From Bacteroidales bacterium (GTDB lineage Bacteria; Bacteroidota; Bacteroidia; Bacteroidales; UBA4417), in NCBI GenBank assembly GCA_038213495.1, contig JBBQSY010000005.1, positions 1,742-65,741 on the forward strand: a DNA stretch of 64,000 nt. The letters are read 5' to 3'. Under the pieces are notes generated by a model that saw nothing but the letters and a program-made list of their open reading frames with translations, was not told the origin of the DNA and did not search any database. The translations under genes were made by a program, and so were the position numbers. This document shows positions 42,688-52,173 of the stretch, one piece after another (the first letter of the stretch is position 1; each line of letters begins with the position of its first letter).

Positions 42688-44337
42688 TTAATTATAATCC
42701 TTGTTTTGTTTAATGTTTGGATTTGCCGAAATTTCATCTCCCGGAATTGGGAACACATTTAATTTGGATTCTGTATTTGTTCCATTTAAGACTCCGCCTT
42801 TCCACGCCCAGTTATAATTTCCATCGGTGAATTTACCAAAACGTACAAGGTCGGTACGTCTTTGAGCCTCATAGTAAAATTCGCGGCCACGCTCAGCTAA
42901 AATGAAGTCAGCATTAAGATTGGCAAGTGTAATATTGCCGCTGGCATTTCCAAAAGCACGTGCCCTGACAATATTAATATCATCCACTGCAGTCTGATCG
43001 GTTGCATTGATCCTGAACTTTGCTTCGGCTCTCATTAAAAAGGCATCAGCATAGCGGAAAATAGGGAAATCGGTACTTGCATATGCAGTGTTATAGTTAA
43101 CAGCCTGGGAGCCATCAGCATTCCTTGCGGTAAACTTATAAACACCTATGCCATAATCGCCACTGGATGATGCACTTGGGATATCAACACTTTTCTTAAC
43201 CTTGAATAACACACGGCTATCCTTACATTGTGTAAATAAAGTATCTGTGTACCATGGGATTGAATTTCCTGCACCATATACAGCGGTGGTATCACCTAAC
43301 ATAGTATACATAAATTGTTTTCTGGCTCTGTTTCCGTTCCAGTTTGTGTTCGATGTAAGACCATGGAATTGTTCTGCCCTGATGTAACGGGAATCGCTAC
43401 TTGATTCAATTATAAAAGTAGTACCTACGTAACCCTGGGTGTAAACTCCATCCTGGTTCCATGCAAAGATCATTTCAGGATTGCGGTATCCATCGTTGTC
43501 GGCACTGAAATTCTGCCTGTAATTAGGTGCCAGCGAATATTTGCTACTGGTGATCACTTTATTGGTATAAATTATTGCGCTGTCCCATTTTGCAGTTCCG
43601 GTCCAAACCTGTGCATTCAGGTAAACCCTTGCCAGCAACATCCAACATGCTGCTTTATCAGCCTGTGGATACGAAAATTTAGGTTCGCCCAGTTTACCTT
43701 CGATGCTTTTAAGTTCTGAAACAACGTAATTAAACAGTTTAGCACGCCCTATTTTCATATCCTTATCCAATTGTTTTGGAAAGAATGACCCAACCTGATC
43801 GGCTTCGGTTGTGAAAGGAGGATTTGCGAACAAATCCATGTTCCAGGTGTAGGCTAATGCCCTTAAAAAACGGGCTTCTGCATTGTAGCGCATTAAAGTG
43901 GGGTCGGTACTTCCATCGGTATTCCTGATAAATTCGTTGGCATAGGTGATGCTCAGGCTTAAACGCTGATAAAGCGCTGTAAGGAAGGGGTTTTGCGGAC
44001 TCCAGGTCTGCGTGTTCAAATCGGCAATACCAGCGTCGCCCCAGGCACAAATTGCTTCGTCTGTGGTTATTTCCTGGCAATTCCAGAGCGCCCTGGTGGT
44101 AGTAAAGAAGTTCCCGTCGGGAGCTGATATGTCATCCCCATAAGAGCCTCCTTGTCCGGAAATTATGAAACTGGCATAGATTTTACCCAACGCCTGTTGC
44201 ATGTATGCAGGATCATCATTTAAGTTACCTGCCAGAATTTTGTTGGGGTCAAGTGGAGTTACGTCCAGATCTTTCACACACGATGATATCGCAAATATGG
44301 AGAGAAGAAACCCGATTATTATAATTATTTTGTTCAT
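42688..44337 (-). CDS. susD: SusD family lipoprotein (starch SusD-like)
   Basis: Lipobox SSC-VKDLD, TTDEA, EARFLRAL.Y, FRYADAFLMRAEA, ERGREFYYEAQRRTDLVRFG. Confidence 0.93.
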   Translation of the reverse strand: MNKIIIIIGFLLSIFAISSCVKDLDVTPLDPNKILAGNLNDDPAYMQQALGKIYASFIISGQGGSYGDDISAPDGNFFTTTRALWNCQEITTDEAICAWGDAGIADLNTQTWSPQNPFLTALYQRLSLSITYANEFIRNTDGSTDPTLMRYNAEARFLRALAYTWNMDLFANPPFTTEADQVGSFFPKQLDKDMKIGRAKLFNYVVSELKSIEGKLGEPKFSYPQADKAACWMLLARVYLNAQVWTGTAKWDSAIIYTNKVITSSKYSLAPNYRQNFSADNDGYRNPEMIFAWNQDGVYTQGYVGTTFIIESSSDSRYIRAEQFHGLTSNTNWNGNRARKQFMYTMLGDTTAVYGAGNSIPWYTDTLFTQCKDSRVLFKVKKSVDIPSASSSGDYGIGVYKFTARNADGSQAVNYNTAYASTDFPIFRYADAFLMRAEAKFRINATDQTAVDDINIVRARAFGNASGNITLANLNADFILAERGREFYYEAQRRTDLVRFGKFTDGNYNWAWKGGVLNGTNTESKLNVFPIPGDEISANPNIKQNKDYN

Positions 44338-44358
44338 ATCTGTTTAGTTTTTAAATGA

Positions 44359-47313
44359 TTAGTAGCTGAAACTTACGCCAAGCATAAACGTGCGGGGCCT
44401 TGGGTAGAAATTGTTATCAATACCTTCGGAAACTTCAGGGTCAAGGCCTTTGTATTTTGTGATTGTCAGTACGTTCTGAACGGTAAAGCTTACCCTTGCA
44501 TTCAGTTTCTTGTAAATGTTGTCGAATTTATACCCTGCGCTCAGGTTATCCAGTTTGAAGAAAGATGCATTTTCAACAAAGTAGTCACTGGTAAACTGTC
44601 GTTTCACAAACTTAGTATCAGTTTGGTACGTTGGCTCATTATGCCAGTAACCGATCTGGTACATCTGGTCGTATGAAGAGCCTGCAGCAACCTGGTTGTA
44701 AACATAATTGCCAATGCTGGCACGGCTGCTTCCTGAAAAGTCAAAGTTCTTGTAAGTAAAACGGGCAGAGAATCCAAGCAGGTAGTCAGCAACCGGGTTA
44801 TGGTAGATATACTTATCGGCATTATCACCGTTAACTGCACCACCTTGTTCCGAAAGGTCTACATATAAACCTTCAATCGGATTGCCACTTGCGTCGTACA
44901 CTTGTTTATTTACATAATACGAATATGCAGGATAGCCTACACGTGTTACCTGTTTCTGACCCGTAAAAGCATCGCCGTAAAGTATGCCAATATAATTAGG
45001 ATCATCAGAAATAAGAAGTTTTGTGATCTTATTCACATTATACCCAACATTAAACCCAAGGGACAGGTACATATCCTCCCTGGAAATTGGTATCAGGTTC
45101 AGCGAAAATTCAGCACCCTTGTTTTCGAGGCTTCCTACGTTGGTCAGCAATGTGTTGGAGAAGTTACTCCCGCTTGGAATAGTAACGGTATTAAGCAAAT
45201 CATCAGTAATGCGCTGATATAAATCAAACGATCCCGATATGCGGTTATCTGCGAAGCCAAAATCCAAACCGATATTCTGGGTGGTAGTTTCCTCCCATTT
45301 AATATTCGGGTCATAAGCTTTCGGACGCAAAGTAGGAATGTATACCCCGCCAATCTGGTAATAGGAACCAATTGCTGATTGCTCATACAAAGCCTGGGCA
45401 GGATAATCATTACCAACATCCTGTTGTCCGGTTACTCCCCAGCCAATACGCAGTTTCAGGTCAGAAATGGCGCTAACATCTTTTAAGAATCCTTCTTCCT
45501 TAATTTTCCATGCAAAAGCTGCCGACGGGAATAATCCCCAGCGGTTGTCTTTTGAAAAACGGGATGATCCGTCATCACGAATGGTAAAGGTAAGCAGGTA
45601 ACGATCCATAAGCGTATAATTCAAACGGCCGAAAAATGATACCAGGTAATTTTCAGTTATAAATGGTGCCTTGTCAAGCTGTGCTACCTGGCCAAAGGCA
45701 TGATAACCGGTAGTTGTTGAATTTCCTTCGCGTTTGAAGTGCTGCCACGAATAACCGGCAGTTGCATCAATCTTGCTCCTGATCGATCCCAGGTCTTTGG
45801 TATAGTTCAGGTAAAAGTCGAGAAGGTTATTAGAATTCTTGCCGCTGTAATCACTTAATCTGCCCTTGTACGAACCGGTAATAACTCCAGGTGAAGTATA
45901 AGGCCGGTTGTTATGGCCATTGCTTTTTGCATAATCAGTAGCCAAATTCAGGTTGGCTTGGAGATTAGGAATAAAAGGAAATTTATAATTGAGCTGCACA
46001 TTTCCGATCACTCTCTGAACTTTTGATCTGTTATCTGCATCCATTAGCTGCTCAACCGGATTTGGTGTACCAAGTGAGGCTCCGTAATTAGCCCATTGAT
46101 AATAACCGTTAGAAAGCAGGTTCCCGTCTCGGACTTCCTGCGAAGGGTCCATATAGATAGAAGAACCTATAGCGCCGGTTTCTCCATAGTTTTGGTTTGT
46201 ACTCACGCCTTTTACATTGATGCTGATTTTCAGATCCTTATTAAATAGGGTTGGATCAAGGCTTAATGAAGCAGTAGTACGCTGCATATCCGTATTTTTC
46301 AGTATACCATTCTTATCTGTATAGCCGATAGAAACACGGTATGGCACTTGTTTAACGGCGCCGGCAGCACTCAGGTTATGATCCTGTGAAATAGCGGTGC
46401 GGTAAATTTCTTTCTGCCAGTTTGTATTGGCACTTCCAAACTTTTTAAAGCTTTCAACACCAAATAAATCTTTATTATCGAAAGCGATTTGCCTCATTTC
46501 GTCACCGGAGTAAACATCAAGGTATTTAACAGCGGCGGCAATAGAGGTATTTCCATCGTAGGTAATCCGCAAAGGAGTACCTACCGAACCTTTTTTGGTG
46601 GTAATAAGGATAACGCCGTTGGATGCCCTGGAACCATAAATTGCAGTTGCGGAAGCATCTTTAAGTACGGTAAAGCTCTCGATGTCGTTAGGATTAACAA
46701 AATTAAGGAAGTTGGAACTGCCACTAAGACCATTGTTGTCGAGTGGAACTCCATCGACAATGATCAGCGGGTCGTTGGACGCATTCAAAGAAGAACCTCC
46801 GCGTACGCGGATAGTTGCACCTGCACCCGGAGCACCGCCTGAAGTTGTAATAACAACACCGGCGCTCTTACCTACGAGCAAATCCTGCGGGGATGTGATA
46901 GCACCTCTGTTGAAATCTTTGCTGCTGGTAACGCTGATGGAACCGGTTGCGTCGGTTTTCTTAACCGTACCGTACCCGATTACAACTACTTGTTCGAGTG
47001 TGGTGGAAGATTGTTTAAGTGAAATATTCACTTCTTTTTGTTTGGTAATGGTTACCTCTTGGGAATCGTACCCGATAAAAGAAAAAACCAGGATGCTGCC
47101 CGGGCTGACTTTAAGTGAATACTTTCCATCCAGATCAGTAAGTACACCGGTTGTGGTGCCTTTTACTACTACTGGAGCTCCTGGAAGCGAGTTGCCATCC
47201 GTTGCATCTGAGACTTTTCCTGATACCTGGATCTCCTGTGCAAATGCCTGGAAGGCAAATGCCCAGGCAACAAACAGTAACAGGATCCTGAAAGAGATTA
47301 AATTTTTCTTCAT
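44359..47313 (-). CDS. susC: SusC family TonB-dependent transporter (starch SusC-like)
   Basis: VVVIGYG, LKDASATAIYGSRASNGVILITTKKG, IKWEETTT, DPE....IDNNFYPRPR; likely start MKKNL at 47313. Confidence 0.95.
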   Translation of the reverse strand: MKKNLISFRILLLFVAWAFAFQAFAQEIQVSGKVSDATDGNSLPGAPVVVKGTTTGVLTDLDGKYSLKVSPGSILVFSFIGYDSQEVTITKQKEVNISLKQSSTTLEQVVVIGYGTVKKTDATGSISVTSSKDFNRGAITSPQDLLVGKSAGVVITTSGGAPGAGATIRVRGGSSLNASNDPLIIVDGVPLDNNGLSGSSNFLNFVNPNDIESFTVLKDASATAIYGSRASNGVILITTKKGSVGTPLRITYDGNTSIAAAVKYLDVYSGDEMRQIAFDNKDLFGVESFKKFGSANTNWQKEIYRTAISQDHNLSAAGAVKQVPYRVSIGYTDKNGILKNTDMQRTTASLSLDPTLFNKDLKISINVKGVSTNQNYGETGAIGSSIYMDPSQEVRDGNLLSNGYYQWANYGASLGTPNPVEQLMDADNRSKVQRVIGNVQLNYKFPFIPNLQANLNLATDYAKSNGHNNRPYTSPGVITGSYKGRLSDYSGKNSNNLLDFYLNYTKDLGSIRSKIDATAGYSWQHFKREGNSTTTGYHAFGQVAQLDKAPFITENYLVSFFGRLNYTLMDRYLLTFTIRDDGSSRFSKDNRWGLFPSAAFAWKIKEEGFLKDVSAISDLKLRIGWGVTGQQDVGNDYPAQALYEQSAIGSYYQIGGVYIPTLRPKAYDPNIKWEETTTQNIGLDFGFADNRISGSFDLYQRITDDLLNTVTIPSGSNFSNTLLTNVGSLENKGAEFSLNLIPISREDMYLSLGFNVGYNVNKITKLLISDDPNYIGILYGDAFTGQKQVTRVGYPAYSYYVNKQVYDASGNPIEGLYVDLSEQGGAVNGDNADKYIYHNPVADYLLGFSARFTYKNFDFSGSSRASIGNYVYNQVAAGSSYDQMYQIGYWHNEPTYQTDTKFVKRQFTSDYFVENASFFKLDNLSAGYKFDNIYKKLNARVSFTVQNVLTITKYKGLDPEVSEGIDNNFYPRPRTFMLGVSFSY

Positions 47314-47524
47314 AGATCTGACTTTCATGTTATTGAACAATTGGTTAATTATTGGTTGGTTTGATGTTTTCGTTGATATTGATTTTGAGTGTTTGCTATT
47401 TGCAGGTATAAAAATACTTCATTCTGACTGGTGATATAGCAAACTGTTTAAAATAATTGCATTGTGATTGTAAAAGATGATTTCCTGTAATCAATTTCTT
47501 GAACTTTTTTCCGGAACAACAGCG

Positions 47525-47532
47525 CAAAGCTA
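47525..47532 (-). promoter_or_regulatory. Bacteroidota -7 promoter element for the susC operon
   Basis: TAGCTTTG on the minus strand (TAnnTTTG consensus). Confidence 0.55.
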
Positions 47533-47598
47533 AATAAAGTATAATAGGATACAACACTTATTAAGCTCTTTTTTAGGTATTTCTGTAATTATTTCTCT

Positions 47599-47623
47599 GA
47601 AAACGTTTTCGCAAACGATTGCG
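47599..47623. promoter_or_regulatory. Tandem LacI-family operators
   Basis: Perfect palindrome GAAAACGTTTTC (47599-47610) abutting CGCAAACGATTGCG (47610-47623); both have the central-CG LacI/MalR-type shape and lie between divergent susC and lacI. Confidence 0.75.
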
Positions 47624-48059
47624 CCAGAAAAATAAAAATCCTCTTTTTTTGTTATAAAAGGTATAAAACAACGAATTTGGTAAAATACTGATTATCAATG
47701 CATGTTATTGTTAAATTCACACTAAGCCAAATTCTCAAATCTATATAACCCTGTTTTTTATTTTAACAAAATAAAGTGATTGGGATGAAGCACGATGAAG
47801 GAATTTTTTGAAAAGAACACATGTATTTAGCTCCGACCTTTAGGTCTACTTTATAATTATGTTTTCATAGATATTTTTAATAAACCAGGTTTTTGAAAAG
47901 TTTATAATCCACTCGCTAAATTTCTCACTCCGGACTCCGGTCTTCGGACTATTAGTTTACGTGTTACCAGATAAAACAGCGTGAGAATCATTAATAAATC
48001 ATGAAGCTTGGATTAAATTTCTATCTTTATCTGCAAATTTTACCGGAAATATTCCATTT

Positions 48060-49070
48060 ATGAAATCAACACAGTTAACTATAAAGGACATTGCACGCAG
48101 CCTGAATGTATCCATCTCTACAGTTTCCCGTGCTTTAAAGGACCATCCTGATATCAGTCAGGAAACCAAAGACCTTATCCGGAATTATGCGGAGAAGTTC
48201 AATTACAGGCCTAATGTTCTGGCACTGAGTTTGCGCAGGCAGCGGAGTTATTCAATCGGATTAATCATTCCTGCTATCGTGCATCACTTTTTCTCGTCTG
48301 TTATCAGTGGCATCGAAGAGCTTGCGCACAAAGAAGGGTACAACCTTATTATCTGCCAGTCGAACGAGAACCAGTACCGTGAAATGATAAACCTGCAAAC
48401 CCTTATTGATCACAGGGTGGATGGCATATTGGTTTCACTAAGCAAAACGACACAAACCTATGAGCATTTCAGCGAAGCGCTGAACAGCGGTGTACCGATT
48501 GTTTTTTTCGACCGGGTTTGCGAGCAGTTGCAGGCCGATAAGGTTATTACTGATGACTACGAAGGCGGGCGTATTGCAACCGAATATCTTATTAATAAGG
48601 GGTGTAGAAATATCATTCACCTTGCGGCACCTCAAAACCTGCTGATTGGCCGGGAACGAAGAAACGGGTATTGTGATGCATTGCGAAATGCAGGTATAGA
48701 AGTACGCGAAGACAGGATATTAAAATGTGATACCCGCGAGGAAGTGCAAACATTACGGCAGCATATCATTAATCTGGGCCCTGACATTGACGGGGTTTTC
48801 GCCGTAAACGACAGCACTGCGATTGAAGCAATTCAGGTTTTACAATCCAATGGTTTCAGGATTCCTGAGGATATTTCGGTTATCGGCTATGGCGACGGGC
48901 CAAACGCTTCTATTATTAACCCTAAACTTACCACCGTAGTGCAAAAGGGATACGAAATGGGCCGCGAAAGCGTAAAACTGTTGCTTCAACGTTTAAATAA
49001 CCCTGCTGCTGATATTAACTTTCAGACAAAAGTGTTTAAACCGACGTTGAAAATCAGGCAATCGGCGTGA
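48060..49070 (+). CDS. LacI family transcriptional regulator (maltose/starch)
   Basis: TIKDIA..LNVSISTVSRAL HTH, YRPN..A..LR hinge, periplasmic-binding-like sensor domain. Confidence 0.97.
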   Translation: MKSTQLTIKDIARSLNVSISTVSRALKDHPDISQETKDLIRNYAEKFNYRPNVLALSLRRQRSYSIGLIIPAIVHHFFSSVISGIEELAHKEGYNLIICQSNENQYREMINLQTLIDHRVDGILVSLSKTTQTYEHFSEALNSGVPIVFFDRVCEQLQADKVITDDYEGGRIATEYLINKGCRNIIHLAAPQNLLIGRERRNGYCDALRNAGIEVREDRILKCDTREEVQTLRQHIINLGPDIDGVFAVNDSTAIEAIQVLQSNGFRIPEDISVIGYGDGPNASIINPKLTTVVQKGYEMGRESVKLLLQRLNNPAADINFQTKVFKPTLKIRQSA

Positions 49071-49081
49071 AAATGGTTTGA

Positions 49082-49190
49082 AGTGTTTCAGAGTTTCAGT
49101 ATTACAAAGTTTCATGCAGTATAGTTGCAGGTAAGGCTTGTATACTCCAATTGTTCTATTGTTCTATTGTTCGAATGTTCATTTGTTCCT
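49082..49190. repeat. Short periodic intergenic repeats (8-bp period)
   Basis: TTGTTCTA-TTGTTCTA-TTGTTCGA-ATGTTCAT-TTGTTCCT (49151-49190); AGTGTTTCAGAGTTTCA (49082-49098) is the exact reverse complement of 63115-63131. Confidence 0.7.
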
Positions 49191-49204
49191 TCAAACAATA
49201 TCCC

Positions 49205-52000
49205 CTATTGAACAACCACCTTTCTGATTACCACCTGCTTGCCGATCCTGACTTTCAGAATATGAACACCTTTGCCCCGGGGAGTCCACGGCAGGTTAAG
49301 CTGCGAAACGATTTTTCCCGAAAATACAGTTTCCGTTTTACCGCCAAGCAAATTATAATCAATTACTTCGCAGAAATCGGATCCCTCGAACTTTATTGAA
49401 ACGGCACATACGTCGTGTACCGGATTCGGAAATACTGTAACCGAAAAAGGTTCGTTTTCTTCGGACTGAATTCCATAAGGAATATATTTTTCGGAAAAAA
49501 AGATGCGGTATTCTCCGGCTTTTAATATGAGGTTGGCATTTAAATCGGTAACAACCAGCGAATCGCCCGACATATACTCATACCAGGTGCCGGTACGTGA
49601 AAAGCCGGGAATGACATTTTTGCTGATAACATCAAAGTTTCCGACAACAAGGCCGGATTTGCTCCCCAGGCTGAGTTTTATTTTTTTGATTGCACCCGAA
49701 ACGTCCATTTGGAAATCAGTTGTCTGAAACAGCGGGTTATTCTTTTTCAGATAAATGAGTTTGGCATAATCTTTATACAGTTTTACACGGGCTGTTTTAT
49801 TCATATAATCCCAACGCGGAGGTTTATTGGAAAGCCGGGAAGTTGAGTTTCCGCTAGGGTAATTAATGGAATAATCATAACCACGCTCACCGAACTGCCA
49901 GATCATTTTAGGGCCAGGGATGGTAAAGAAAAATGCAGCGTTTAATGACGCACGCTGCAGGGCGGTGGCTGTATCCTTAATGGAATAGCTGCCGGCTCCA
50001 AGTCCTTCGGAGATGCTTCTGAACATTTCGCGTTCTTCATCATGGCTTTCCATATAGGTTACAAGGTTGGGCTTGGTATAAGCCCTGTTTGTATAAGCAC
50101 CCCACGACAAGTCGCCGGCACTTGTTGTAATTCCTTTTGCTGCTTCACCATAACTATAATTCAAATTACCCCAAAGCAGCATGCCTTTCGAAGCCAGAAC
50201 TTTTTCTTCCGAATTATCGGCAAAATGCTCAAGGATCAATACCGCTTTTGGATTTGCTTTTGCTATTGTATCATTATAAGCTGAAAGAATTGCGATGCGG
50301 GTGGCATCATACTGCCCCCATTTGCCAACGTCTCCCAGTGTGTTATTTTGAGTAAAGCCTTTCGAAAGGTCGAAGCGGTATCCATCCACATGGTATTCAT
50401 TGAGCCAGAATTTCAGCACACGACTTATGTAATTTTTCGAATCAGGACTCTGGTGATTCATATCGAAACCAACATTGTAATCGTGTTTGGCAACCGGGTT
50501 GTAAAAAGGACTTTCGGCCGTCGGCCTGTTGTTGGCTGCATCCCAATAGAGCAAAACGTAGGGTGATGTTCCGAAAGCATGGTTGTACACAACGTCCAGT
50601 ACAACGGCAATCCCGTTTTGATGGCAGATGTCGACCAGACGCTTAAGATCTTTAGCAGGGCCATAATATTTGTCAACAGCAAAATAGTAATTAGGATTAT
50701 AACCCCAACTCAGGTTGCCTTCGAATTCGTTTACAGGCATCAGCTCAATGGTATTTATACCAAGGGTTTTCAGATAGCCCAGCGTATCAATAATGGATTG
50801 AAATGTATGCTTATCCGAGAAATCGCGGATCAACAGTTCATAAACAACCATATCGGTTACAGCAGGTGGGTTGAACGATGTTGAAGTCCATGTATAGGGT
50901 TGTTGTGCAGTCTGCAAAACAGTGGCAATGCCATTTACTTTGCCAGTCGGGTAAGGAATCATCCCGGGATAGGTAGTGTTATCAATGTATTTGTCGTTCC
51001 ATGGATCGCTGACTTTTTCGGCATAAGGATCGCCTATGTAAATATTTCCATCAACCATGTACTGGTAAATATATTCTTTGCCCGGAACCAGTCCGTCAAT
51101 CTGAAGCCAATACCTTTTACCATCGGGAGTTTGTTTCATGTATGAGGATTCCCCGGGCAGCCAGTTGTTGAAATCGCCGGTCACATACGCAAAGTATTTG
51201 AGTGGTGCATAAAGTGAAAGCAGCACTGACGTTTCGCTCAGGTAATTAATCCCGTCTTTCATACCGGCAGGCAGTTCGGCTACTGTTATCGCCGGCCGTA
51301 CATAATAGTAAAAAGAGTCGGCAACTAAAGCAACCGGGGTTTTGGCTATCGCTTTAACCAGAAATTGTCCGTATGCTGATGCAGTAATTGTATAGGAGAG
51401 TTGGCTGGTGTTGGTGCCTGCAACTTTTTGCGCACCGATATATAACAATGTAGAGTCTGCAAACAATGACGATGCTGTAACATCAATCGTTTCATTCAGG
51501 TTAACGAAAAGAAATTTTGACGAAGGACTGGTTATGCTTACACTAAGAGATGAAGGAAACACATCATAAAAAATATCACCACCGTCAGCTGTTTTGCCTT
51601 CGAGCCATTTGCCGTCTACCTGAACATCACTGCGGAAAACAAAGGCCAGTTTCAGAATAACTTCGTTGGAGGGGACATTGTAATATTCACGAATCGAAGG
51701 ACTTATGACCAGCTTCCATTTATTATTGCCCAAAGAAGTTAATTTGCATGCAGAAATATTAACTCCCCAGTCGGATTTAACATGGGTCCAGCCCCCGGTG
51801 CTCAGACTGGTAACTACACCGGCATGAGCATAAATATCGCCGGTATAACCCGCCAGGCCACCACTTCCCTGGGAAGCATCAAAAATAACCTCGGCGCTGT
51901 TCTCATCCGTTGGCAGGGAAGGTGTAACGGTAATAACCTGGCTAAAACCGGTTGTAACGGCAATTACTATCAGGAATAAAAGCAGGGAAAGTTTTTTCAT
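49205..52000 (-). CDS. Secreted GH13 alpha-amylase/branching-enzyme-like protein with CBM48-like module and T9SS type A domain
   Basis: YELLIRDF, IELMPV.EF, SWGYNP, LDVVYNH, DGYRFDLSKG, ILEH, ESHDEER; C-terminal VFPNP...RKVVV; likely start MKKLSLL at 52000. Confidence 0.92.
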   Translation of the reverse strand: MKKLSLLLFLIVIAVTTGFSQVITVTPSLPTDENSAEVIFDASQGSGGLAGYTGDIYAHAGVVTSLSTGGWTHVKSDWGVNISACKLTSLGNNKWKLVISPSIREYYNVPSNEVILKLAFVFRSDVQVDGKWLEGKTADGGDIFYDVFPSSLSVSITSPSSKFLFVNLNETIDVTASSLFADSTLLYIGAQKVAGTNTSQLSYTITASAYGQFLVKAIAKTPVALVADSFYYYVRPAITVAELPAGMKDGINYLSETSVLLSLYAPLKYFAYVTGDFNNWLPGESSYMKQTPDGKRYWLQIDGLVPGKEYIYQYMVDGNIYIGDPYAEKVSDPWNDKYIDNTTYPGMIPYPTGKVNGIATVLQTAQQPYTWTSTSFNPPAVTDMVVYELLIRDFSDKHTFQSIIDTLGYLKTLGINTIELMPVNEFEGNLSWGYNPNYYFAVDKYYGPAKDLKRLVDICHQNGIAVVLDVVYNHAFGTSPYVLLYWDAANNRPTAESPFYNPVAKHDYNVGFDMNHQSPDSKNYISRVLKFWLNEYHVDGYRFDLSKGFTQNNTLGDVGKWGQYDATRIAILSAYNDTIAKANPKAVLILEHFADNSEEKVLASKGMLLWGNLNYSYGEAAKGITTSAGDLSWGAYTNRAYTKPNLVTYMESHDEEREMFRSISEGLGAGSYSIKDTATALQRASLNAAFFFTIPGPKMIWQFGERGYDYSINYPSGNSTSRLSNKPPRWDYMNKTARVKLYKDYAKLIYLKKNNPLFQTTDFQMDVSGAIKKIKLSLGSKSGLVVGNFDVISKNVIPGFSRTGTWYEYMSGDSLVVTDLNANLILKAGEYRIFFSEKYIPYGIQSEENEPFSVTVFPNPVHDVCAVSIKFEGSDFCEVIDYNLLGGKTETVFSGKIVSQLNLPWTPRGKGVHILKVRIGKQVVIRKVVVQ

Positions 52001-52173
52001 AGGACAGAGGTTAATGAGCCTGGCAAAATTAACATATTTTATTTCAGTAGCTCCACATTTAGAAGGATCAACATTAATCATAAAGAGTAAAAACGGAAAT
52101 TCAGTGGCATCAGCAGGTGACTTTGGGTTTTCCGCGGGTTTATTCCTTTTGAAGCAGTTGCTAGCTTTCCGGC

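Noticed and set aside
46682..47434. 250-aa plus-strand ORF and the many similar antisense ORFs
   Set aside because: Shadow frames opposite well-supported genes such as susC; no recognisable motifs.
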